A DNA stretch of 64,000 bases. Source: Mytilus edulis (taxonomy: Eukaryota). The stretch lies in assembly GCF_963676685.1 (NCBI RefSeq), contig NC_092349.1, forward strand, positions 21,948,001 through 22,012,000, given 5' to 3'. Below are positions 52,923 through 64,000 of this stretch, in pieces; position 1 is the first letter of the stretch, and the number at the start of each line of letters is the position of its first letter. The translations under genes were made by a program, and so were the position numbers. The notes under the pieces were generated by a model that saw nothing but the letters and a program-made list of their open reading frames with translations, ran no database searches and had not been told where the DNA came from.

Positions 52923-55900
52923 ATATGACCTGAAATACATTCAAGCTTGCGTTTAATTCACATATTGTAAAGAAAACCAACACAAACCAAACATCTTCCT
53001 TAATATCATGTAGCATTTTGTAAGGAATATTAAAGCATGTATAGGATGGAGAGTTGTCTCATTGACACTCATACCACATCTTTCTATATCTACATAGATC
53101 CATTAATTTCGGTTAAATTTCGTCGCAGTATTGACGTTGAACCGATTGGCAGTAAAACTGATATATTTTATTAATCACTTTAATAACGACCAAAACCAAA
53201 TACTTTAAACAAAAAAGGGCATTACTACAGTAACGTGTTTTAGGATTTTTTTCTCTCAGCAAAGTGAATGATTCTGTAAAAATTGTGGCTTAAAGATATG
53301 CTTAACAGTACAAAGGAAACGTTTATTATCTCTAGTTTAATTAACTATATCCTGTTTAACGATTTGTACTAATTTGAGACCTCTATTGAAGCAAAACTAT
53401 AGTTTTTTCTAATGATGGTACAACTCTTCAACCAGACATGCAAAAGCAGTCTGGACTACCAAAACTGTGAGAAAAAGTAAAGACACAAAAATACTGAACT
53501 CTGAGAAAAATTTAAAAGTTATCAAAGAAATCTTCAAACTCATGATTGAAAAGTAGTTATATATTACATGTTTATGTGGTCCATTCGAAAACTTAACTGA
53601 CATCATCCCGAGTTCTGTTTTCCTCACAGAAAAAGTGAGAATCTATATTGAATTAGAACTTCCACTTAATTTGTACATACATGAGCAACGCAACGGATGT
53701 GTAACAAGTTGTATGTATTTTTTCGGATCACTTGGTGTTGTTCGTTTTGTTCGTTCTTTAGTTTTCATGCAAAGTTTTTATAAACTGTTGTTATGTCTCT
53801 TGTCGTTTTCCGTTCATTATAATAGCGTTGTCTGTTTGCCTTCGATTCATGTTTCATTCCTTTGATATCGTCCGTCTTACTTTTAACCTTTCTTTATTTG
53901 GACCCATAAAAAAATCAAAGAACAATGTCCTGCACACTGGTCAAACTTAACCATTATGGGGAAATCCAATATTGTTTGTTTATGAATAAAGTATGCTTAA
54001 TTTGTTTTATAAACGTTTAACGAGGCATATTGAATTAAACTGCAATCCTTCATGCAAATTCAAATTGAACAACGCATATCCCTATAATTGTCATTAAGTA
54101 CGGACACATTTTGTATATCTGTCGTAAAGGTAATAAGTTTGAAAATAACAAGTTGATCAAAATATGAGACGTCATGCAATCATCAATCTCAAACCAACTG
54201 AGATATGTAGCCTACATAAGCCGATATCAATTGGAAGTTAACCAGGAATAGAAATATTTGTTTACGACAATGTTTGCATGTCACTAATAATACAATATTT
54301 CGCAACTAATTGAGAAGAAACCTCTCAATTTAAACTAGGTTAGTGCCGCTCAAGCTGCAGTTTGCTAGGTTTTCTACTATAGTATAGTATGGTGCCTAGG
54401 TTTTTTTTTCAGGCCAATATCTGATAAAATTAAGTAATTCGTGGACGATAAATATTTGTCGGTCAATGTTTATATGTTTTCTTTCTAATTAATTTTGTTT
54501 TTCAAGGAAATTCACTGTTATTTCGCGATTACCTCACGAATAAAGGAGCAAGTTGATCCGACGGTCACAAAGGATTCCGAATGTTTAAGATTAATGTTTA
54601 AAGATTTGTATGTAATTATAAATGCTTGGTAAAATCTAAATACGATTAAGTTGTGTAACATTATCGTTTTTTCCTGTTTCTCAACCATTTTGTGAAAAGT
54701 CTTAAATCATTTGGGGTTTTCTGCGCTGTGTTGTCGTTTTCTAACAAATTTCCCGAAAAACACGAAGTTGCATGGGATGAACGTCACGGACATTAACGGT
54801 GATAATGTGATACCATTTCGGAAGCAGTGAATGAAGGTTCGTTTATCAGACCGCCTAGGAATTCTTATGTCAACAAACATAGTAATCCTTTCATAGCCTT
54901 CTGAATTTTTTGAATGTTTTTGAACTGTTATATTCAAGTAATATTATATACAAGTATATGATAAAAGATAATATTACCACCTTAAAATTTATTAATGCAG
55001 TATCATACCTTGACCGTAGTTGAATCCATAATATCTTATTCTAAATTTAAGCGAAATGACATATGAATTTATACGATTTTGAAATAGCATTGTTCCAATA
55101 ATACATGTTCAATTATTGTTAATATGACCTGATTTTAAATGGAAATCTAGTGAATCATATCAAAAAGTCAATCTATAACCACATATGGTAAATAAAAGCC
55201 CTATTTCCTGGAATCAATAGCTGGTATCTCGCCAAAGATTATGAAAGGATTTCTTTTTGATATTTTGCCCAACTTTTAATACGTATACGATCAACTAATG
55301 TGAGTGACATATATATTGTTGCAAACTAGGTTGACAAATACTTTATAAAAAATAAACACAAATTTAAACACTTTAAGATATTGTCTGTTTATTAAATATA
55401 TATATATATATATATATTTATATACAACTCATATATATATATATATATACAACTCGTCTAAACATCAACCCAACAATGTTAGATCTGTAAATTTGCTTTC
55501 GCAAATTTTTGGTTCTTCCCTCGCCGGGATTCGAACCCATGCTACTGTGATATCGTGACACCAAATCGCCTGCACTGCAGCCGTCCCGCTAGACCACACG
55601 ACCACCTGGGCTCTCAAAAAAAGAGCTTTCGGTGGGCATGTGTTACCTTTCCACGTCAGTTTTAATCTAGCGGCGTACTACAGTACATGATATATAAGGC
55701 ATGAAGATGTTATTGTTACAGATCAGCTAAATTATCTATAGTAAAGGATCCTACAAATTAATGTAAGATACAGTCACAGAAAATAATTATATTCATGAGT
55801 ACGTCTGAGTCAGTGACAACCCTACAACAGATGTATACATCGGATCGCCATCAATGATGGTGATACATGGCTGTGTACATAATGTATATACAACTCGTCT

Positions 55901-58121
55901 AAACATCAACCCAACAATGTTAGATCTGTAAATTTGCTTTCGATAATTGAACATGTATTATTGGAACAATGCTATTGCAAAATCGTATAAATTCATATGT
56001 CATTTCGCTTAAATTTAGAATAAGATATTATGGATTCAACTACGGTCAAGGTATGATACTGCATTAATAAATTTTAAGGTGGTAATATTATCTTTTATCA
56101 TATACTTGTATATAATATTACTTGAATATAACAGTTCAAAAACATTCAAAAAATTCAGAAGGCTATGAAAGGATTACTATGTTTGTTGACATAAGAATTC
56201 CTAGGCGGTCTGATAAACGAACCTTCATTCACTGCTTCCGAAATGTTATCACATTATCACCGTTAATGTCCGTGACGTTCATCCCATGCAACTTCGTGTT
56301 TTTTGGGAAATTTGTTAGAAAACGACAACACAGCGCAGAAAACCCCAAATGATTTAAGACTTTTCACAAAATGGTTGAGAAACAGGAAAAAACGAAAATG
56401 TTACACAACTTAATCGTATTTAGATTTTACCAAGCATTTATAATTATATACAAATCTTTAAACATTCGGAATCCTTTGTGACCGTCGGATCAACTTGCTC
56501 CTTTATTCGTGAGGTAATCGCGAAATAACAGTGAATTTCCTTGAAAAACAAAATTAATTAGAAAGAAAACATATAAACATTGACCGACAAATATTTATCG
56601 TCCACGAATTACTTAATTTTATCAGAAATTGGCCTGAAAAAAAACCTAGGCACCATACTATACTATAGTAGAAAACCTAGCAAACTGCAGCTTGAGCGGC
56701 ACTAACCTAGTTTAAATTGAGAGGTTTCTTCTCAATTAGTTGCGAAATATTGTATTATTAGTGACATGCAAACATTGTCGTAAACAAATATTTCTATTCC
56801 TGGTTAACTTCCAATTGATATCGGCTTATGTAGGCTACATATCTCAGTTGGTTTGAGATTGATGATTGCATGACGTCTCATATTTTGATCAACTTGTTAT
56901 TTTCAAACTTATTACCTTTACGACAGATATACAAAATGTGTCCGTACTTAATGACAATTATAGGGATATGCGTTGTTCAATTTGAATTTGCATGAAGGAT
57001 TGCAGTTTAATTCAATATGCCTCGTTAAACGTTTATAAAACAAATTAAGCATACTTTATTCATAAACAAACAATATTGGATTTCCCCATAATGGTTAAGT
57101 TTGACCAGTGTGCAGGACATTGTTCTTTGATTTTTTTATGGGTCCAAATAAAGAAAGGTTAAAAGTAAGACGGACGATATCAAAGGAATGAAACATGAAT
57201 CGAAGGCAAACAGACAACGCTATTATAATGAACGGGAAACGACAAGAGACATAACAACAGTTTATAAAAACTTTGCATGAAAACTAAAGAACGAACAAAA
57301 CGAACAACACCAAGTGATCCGAAAAAATACATACAACTTGTTACACATCCGTTGCGTTGCTCATGCATGTACAAATTAAGTGGAAGTTCTAATTCAATAT
57401 AGATTCTCACTTTTTCTGTGAGGAAAACAGAACTCGGGATGATGTCAGTTAAGTTTTCGAATGGACCACATAAACATGTAATATATAACTACTTTTCAAT
57501 CATGAGTTTGAAGATTTCTTTGATAACTTTTGAATTTTTCTCAGAGTTCAGTATTTTTGTGTCTTTACTTTTCTCACAGTTTTGGTAGTCCAGACTGCTT
57601 TTGCATGTCTGGTTGAAGAGTTGTACCATCATTAGAAAAAACTATAGTTTTGCTTCAATAGAGGTCTCAAATTAGTACAAATCGTTAAACAGGATATAGT
57701 TAATTAAACTAGAGATAATAAACGTTTCCTTTGTACTGTTAAGCATATCTTTAAGCCACAATTTTTACAGAATCATTCACTTTGCTGAGAGAAAAAAATC
57801 CTAAAACACGTTACTGTAGTAATGCCCTTTTTTGTTTAAAGTATTTGGTTTTGGTCGTTATTAAAGTGATTAATAAAATATATCAGTTTTACTGCCAATC
57901 GGTTCAACGTCAATACTGCGACGAAATTTAACCGAAATTAATGGATCTATGTAGATATAGAAAGATGTGGTATGAGTGTCAATGAGACAACTCTCCATCC
58001 TATACATGCTTTAATATTCCTTACAAAATGCTACATGATTTTAAGGAAGATGTTTGGTTTGTGTTGGTTTTCTTTACAATATGTGAATTAAACGCAAGCT
58101 TGAATATATTTCAGGTCATAT
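52923..58121. repeat. Large inverted repeat: arms 52923-55116 and 55943-58121, spacer 826 bp
   Basis: Mirror ORF pairs in the track (53635+/57180-, 54707-/56122+); reverse-complement match checked at both ends. Confidence 0.96.
55446..55615 (-). mobile_element. tRNA-derived SINE in the spacer of the inverted repeat
   Basis: Minus strand GAGCCCAGGTGGTCGTGTGGTCTAGCG...GGGTTCGAATCCCGGCGAGGG (A and B boxes), running into (TA)n; its 3' ~56 bp is repeated at 55886-55942. Confidence 0.75.
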
Positions 58122-59444
58122 CAGTATCAATTTCTGTTGGTGTTACCACATTGTTTCTTTATAAAGAATTTAGAGCACGAATACAGAATGGTAAAAGAAA
58201 TGAAAAAACACTCAAAAGGTTGTATTATTGAAATTATAGACTTTATTGAAAACCAATAGATAATTGCGCCCATACGAATTAATGTTTTGACATATAAAAC
58301 ACGACATCAACTGGTATATCATTGAATTGATACAGGACATCTTAAACCTGTTAATATAACTAGACTGGGCCATATGTTATAGAATTTGTCCAGAATCTTC
58401 ATTCGGTTTTGTAGTTTAAAAGAAATTGTCAAAATTGCCGACATGGCTAAAAATAGATCAAAGTGGTAGAATGCAAGTTTTTGTAATAAATCAGTATTCT
58501 GCCTGGTTGATGTAGGAGATACCTTCTTCAAATCCCACAAGCGATTCGATTCAAATTGAGCAAAGTAGACTATGGATGGAACAAATGATCTAAAAATGTG
58601 GTTTGGGTAAATATATGCTCCGGTTAAGGTTACTGTGTGTGGGGGGACACTCACTAAAAAAAATGTGTAATAGGAAATAACTTTCAAAGAATATTTTCCA
58701 ATTAACCAGGATCAATGGGCAAAACTCAACTTTTCTGTAAAAACATATCAAAATTTTAACTGTCATGGTACGAAGCAAAAGTAAAATGCTAGTTTGACGG
58801 AATAAAAAAATCAGAACAAATTTGAAAGGTTGTTCAACCAAAAATATTGCAAAACGTTTAGTTAATCAAAAATAATTAAGTGAAACGAAGTCATAAAAAA
58901 TTCAAATTATAATGGTCTTTCCTCCGCAAAGGTAAAATGCCCTAATTATTGACTTCATTGTGTATGTCATATATATATATTTTCACATAAAGTAGGGGAT
59001 AATTAAGTTTCTTTTAGGAATCAAAGCTAGCAGATAGACAAGACATTATAATGTAAATATGATATTGTTACTATTTCAGAACATGATTCTTTATTCTTTA
59101 TGATTTGTCTATTATTTTTTGTTATATGTATGTAAGCCCCTTTTTATTGTAATATATGTATTGGTTTGCCTTCTTTTTTACTTTTCGTAATTTCTTTAGT
59201 TATTATTCTCTATTATGTTAAAAAAAAATTACCCAGAACCTATGCTGCAGAATGTTCAATATATACGAAACAAACATTTTTGCAATGCTACAGATGTGAT
59301 GTGAATTATTTATCTTGTCAATTTCTTTACTGTCTTTAACGGTGAACTGGAAACAAACGTATTCTAGTATTTCTAAGTTACAAGTTTGTTTATTATGTGT
59401 TAAAACATGTTCAAAGAAGACAATTGTTCTTGTCTTACAGATCA

Positions 59445-62400
59445 ATGTGTGGAACGGATCATTTTGTCATTTCCAAAGATTCAGTAACTGAAGGTAGCGT
59501 CGTCTTAAAATGCACAGATTCCCAAAAAGTATGTCAGGTCTATGAAGTAAATTACAATCCTTCAACATTGATAACCAAAGATTGTAAGTGTACGATAACA
59601 GGTTTAAAACCAAACACTGACTATGAGTTTAAAGTTCTACACATTGACTCTGATCGAAACCTTTGGCCTTGCAAAGAAACACCAATTTCCATTACGACGT
59701 TAAAATCGGCTGAGGAAGATATAGAGGAAAAGTCAGACGAAATTAACCAGAGACGAAAGTTGGTGTGGGAACATCCTTCAGAATCCATTTATATTGGAAA
59801 ATTCGGCAAAATAGTAAAAAAAGAATATGGTAAGGTAACTTATAAATTAACTACTAACCTCGAATTTTTCAAATTCTACGAATTGTATTCCCCATCAATA
59901 CATAAGGTAAGCATAATTTAGGAAATTGCCGGCCGTTCTTTCTTTTTTATATTTTACTTGAGCGTACATGATTACAAAACACAAATCTTTTAGAAATATG
60001 GCTCACTAAATTTAAGCCGTTAACAGGTTCTTTGATTAGTTTATGATAGTTAATATCAATCTGATTTTTTTTAGATTATAAATGGGTTGTTATGGTATTA
60101 AGGTTAACGATCAACGACGAAGACGGACACGTAGTAATGCAAACTCGCTTGACCCTTTTGGTATCATATAGGTTGACAAAAATGGTTTCATTGTGGTAAA
60201 TGCATATTAAAAAGAAGAGTCTATGAACTTTTGCGGACAATGATTATTTCCTACTGCTGGTTAACAGGAAGTAATTAAAGGTGAATGGCGCCACGTAGAT
60301 GGTATACCCGTCATGATAAGCAGAAGTAAAACAAAGTACCGGTGACCTGGTTAAAAGAAAACCGAATTGAAATAGTGAAAAATGAGTGTTGGTCATTGAT
60401 GTAGAAATAGCGAGAAATTTGGAGAAAATTTTGACATGCAACATTTTCTGTGCAAAATTAATCAAGCAGTGATCTGCATTCATACTATTTGGACAATTCC
60501 GAAATCGTTGAGTACCCTTAAAAAATGTTATTTTCTTTAAAAAAAGAAAAGATGCGACAATATATGCAATTTCATTCACATCCATAGTTGTTGATGGATC
60601 AACATTTGACAGTTTTATCAACGGATCTTTTATAATGTAAACGCAGAACCCAAAAAGGCTACCATTGTCGCCAATGTAAACAATAACTTAAATTTAACCT
60701 GCAGGATGTCACATTTCTGTTTTGTCAGGTATAATTTACTTCTAGCTGAAACAATATTAAGGGACTGGATCCAGTAATATAGGAAGAGGCATTGGGGGTT
60801 TACATACGATATTGATCCATTTAAATATGATTTATTGAAGCTATCATATAGGCCACTTGTCTATTTATATAAAGATGATTTTTTCATATGTAGCATTCAA
60901 TATATTCATAATAGATACTAGGATTACATTTTGTATTTACTACAGACGCGCGTTTTGTCTACAAAAGACTCATCAATGACGCTCGATTTCAAAAACGTTT
61001 AAAAGGCCAAATAAAGTACGAAGGCGAAAACAATTGTGGACCAGTCCATTGCGGTTGGTCATGTCAATCACATTTGATTTTCGTAAATTTTTTTGTTATA
61101 AATTAGGCCTTAAGTTTTGATTTTGATTGAATTGTTTCATATTTTGTATTTCTAGGTTTTATATAGTAGATAACTAAGTATGTTTTTTTTTCTTAATTTG
61201 TAAGGTCGTACAGTTGCATGTAATTGCTGATTTGTTTGAACTTTTGTATATTGCTGTCTAATTGACAATAATACCACCTTTTTGTATATTCCTGTCTTTT
61301 TTTTTTTAATTTCACGATCTACTTGAATCACAGGCAAATCAAGGAATGATGACAACACTGAAGAAAAGACGATCTTAATCTATGGACCAGATGAATCACA
61401 TACAAATGCTGTCATAGATGGGATTATGAATTTTATTTTTGGTGTCTCAGCTGAGGATGACTACAGATTCTCATTGGTAAATACATCAAGTAAAGGTCAA
61501 ATGATGGATCAGTTGAGATTAACATTTATTGATTTTTAACTTAAATCTACTTTTATTTAGGCTGTAGAATAACAGTTCACACCAAGATAAAAGTGATATA
61601 TAGCTATTTTTAATACATATAATGTTAGTTACATATTTGATTCTTCAGATTAAAGAAAAAAAGCATCGAAATTGATTTTCTATGTGAATACGGACGCATT
61701 TTATATAAAATCTTAATAAATGGTTTCATTTTAATACGTATAAAATACATTTTTGTATATTGTTCAACTAAAATGATGATAAGAATTATTGTGGGTTTTT
61801 TTTGCAGGAAAACGATGAAAAAACATCTGTCACAATTTTGAAAGTTTTTCCGACGGACAAAAGCCGAATTTTGTACACGTTGAACATAGTTGGTGTGAAT
61901 TCAACTATTGCGATTGAAAACGTTGATATACTTTCGACTGATCTTGAAAGTCATGAAATAACATCACTGAACTCCTTTTGTTTTGTCATGAAAAATTTGA
62001 TCCCTTTAACATGTGGGAAAAATCTGGCAAAGTTTGTGAACGTCTTTAATACATGTGTGGACAATGCTCAAGGTTTTCATGATCCCAAAAGTATGTTTTC
62101 AATCCCATTTCACAATTCTGGAATGAGTTCAAACGTGGACGGTACTTATCCGCGACAAATAAATGTATGTCTAAGCCGATACAAGCAAAACAGCTTTGTT
62201 ACTGTTTTCGAGGAATTGGAACAATCCATTAAACAGCCCGTGAACAATGTATTAAATGTACACTTGCTGCAGAGAAAAATCGATGAGAATATTCAGAAAC
62301 TAGAAATAACTAAGGCAAAAGTCACTTCATACAAAGAAAAAATTGAAAAGAAAATTGAAAATATACAAGAAGACAAGGTTTTCTTTCTGGTTCAAAGTCA

Positions 62401-62929
62401 ACGCTCGTGTAATTCTAACTGCAAATATGCAAAATATGAAAATGCGTATACTCTACAAACAGGTAGTAACACCATACTTAGCCTCCTTTGCAAATGCACA
62501 CAAGTATGTCACATGAACTGCGGGGTGCACAAATACGAATTACAAAAATGCAACAAGTTCAAAGAAACGGAACAACAAAGAAAAGAAAGAAAAGAAAGAA
62601 AAGAAAGAAAAGAAAGAAAAGAAAGAAAAGAAAGTATAGGATGCTCAAAATGCAATTGTAGCGTAGAGAAGCATAAACTTGGAAATATAAGTAAATTTGC
62701 GAATGAAATAAAGTTTTTTAATGAAGTTACTGAAAGTGCCAAAACACTAGAAGGAATTATAAAAAATGATTTCAATGATTTAAAAAAACAAAAGACAATT
62801 TCAAATCCCAAAGATGGCTTCGATTTAAGTGTCATTGTAGTTGAATTTGGAGACCACACGAATCTAGAGCTGGAAGATAGTCGTCAAATTTTCTTATTGA
62901 GATCGAACGAAGAACTGATCACCGACTAA
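59445..62929 (+). CDS. FN3-like domain + degenerate septin/AIG-like P-loop GTPase + coiled coil + Cys/His-rich protein (5' end uncertain)
   Basis: Exons 59441-59829 (TITGLKPNTDYEFKV, FN3 motif; phase 1), 61334-61476 (KTILIYGPDESHTNAVIDGIMNFIFGVSAEDDYRFSL; phase 0), 61808-62929 (coiled coil, then CKCTQVCHMNC...CSKCNCSVEKH). Splice phases are mutually consistent; upstream exons are possible. Confidence 0.78.
62579..62632 (+). repeat. Coding 9-bp repeat (AGAAAAGAA)6 encoding (RKE)6
   Basis: Six perfect units within the last exon. Confidence 0.95.
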
Positions 62930-64000
62930 GAACTGGATTAAAATCCGATTTTTAGAAATTTATTTGTGACGTCACATCTGTGGCGTTGATACAGTCGTGT
63001 GACAGACAGCTCGTGGTTATATTGTGCTGTTTTGTATCTTGTTCTATGTTGTTGTATGTGTTCGTTGATATTCTGTTCTTAGCATATCGAAATGTACCTA
63101 TTTCATGAATGTTTTGGCATGTATTTGTACTGTATTCCTGTTATTCCTGTCATGTAATGTTGTCAATTTAGTTGTATATTTAACAACGCATAAAAGTACG
63201 AGTATTGGCTAGCCACAAAGCAGGTTCTACCCACCATGTTTTCTTAACATGTCCAGTACCATGTCAGGAAAATGGCAGTTGTTATCTTAAAGTTCGTTTC
63301 TATGGGTGATGCATTGTCGTTTGATTTGGTTGCACTTCAGTGTTTTTGTTGTTTCGTTGTTTCCCTCTTATAATTGATGTGTTGATCTGTTTCTCTTGCT
63401 TATAGTTTGTAACCGGATTTGTTTGCCCTCAATCGACTGATGAATTTGGAACAGCGATATACTACTGTTTCCTTTATTTAACTAAAGAAATACATTTAGA
63501 GCTTTTCGTGAACACAATATGAATTATAATTTTTTTCACTATCCTGTATTAATATTTATTAACATAACATTAATAATGTGTTTTGTGATTAATTGTCTCC
63601 TAGATTTTTGTGTGTATATAGTTAATTTTTACCCTTACCAAATCATTAACCATCCAAGGTTAATATATACTTTGTTTTCGGATAAATATACTTTATACAT
63701 TGATATCATTGATATGACATAATGGTAATTTATCAGTTTTTTGAAACTTCAAGACAATGTATAAACCCTTGAACATCTGCGAAATCAGAATCGTCTACAT
63801 AATTATGTACGCCTAATTCAGTAAACATATCTCACATTATGATATGTATCTTTTCTTTTTTTATATACATATGAAGCCTGAAACGGAGATTTGAGGATTA
63901 AAATTATTTGTAATTTTTGTATCTTGAGTGACCACATATTAGAGATTTACAATAAGTGCCAACCCGCGTCCGACTACGATTTATAGTAAGATATTTTAAA

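Noticed and set aside
52923-58121. Interpretation as an autonomous TIR transposon or Polinton
   Set aside because: No coding capacity in the spacer, arms contain unrelated repeat fragments, and only a 2-bp (CA) flanking match.
60940-60985. Additional hammerhead copies (also ~14455, ~16603, ~51712)
   Set aside because: Core nucleotides are mutated; treated as dead repeat remnants, not ribozymes.
62509-62859. 116-aa minus-strand ORF with a (SFL)n repeat
   Set aside because: Antisense shadow of the 61808-62929 exon.

Overview
AT-rich eukaryotic genomic DNA. The repeat families and peptide style point to a bivalve, most likely a Mytilus mussel (inference). The main content is: (1) a tandem cluster of five same-strand, three-exon genes (about 4.2-41.7 kb) encoding small secreted peptides with a shared 10-cysteine array ending in CCC-x2-C, which I cannot assign to a named mussel antimicrobial peptide family; (2) at the left edge, a Penelope-like retroelement with an N-terminal GIY-YIG endonuclease (Naiad type) whose 781-codon frame is interrupted only by four TGA codons, all at conserved Cys positions (selenocysteine candidate); (3) a 350-bp tandem array with four intact type I hammerhead ribozymes (retrozyme), plus dispersed hammerhead copies from two other families; (4) a recent ~6.2-kb tandem duplication with a 32-bp satellite and a MITE present in only one copy; (5) a non-autonomous Helitron; (6) a 2.2-kb-arm inverted repeat; (7) at the right end, a spliced gene for an FN3-like domain, a degenerate septin/AIG-like GTPase domain and a Cys/His-rich domain. 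Most short ORFs in the supplied track are repeat artefacts. All coordinates were read by hand and no searches were run.
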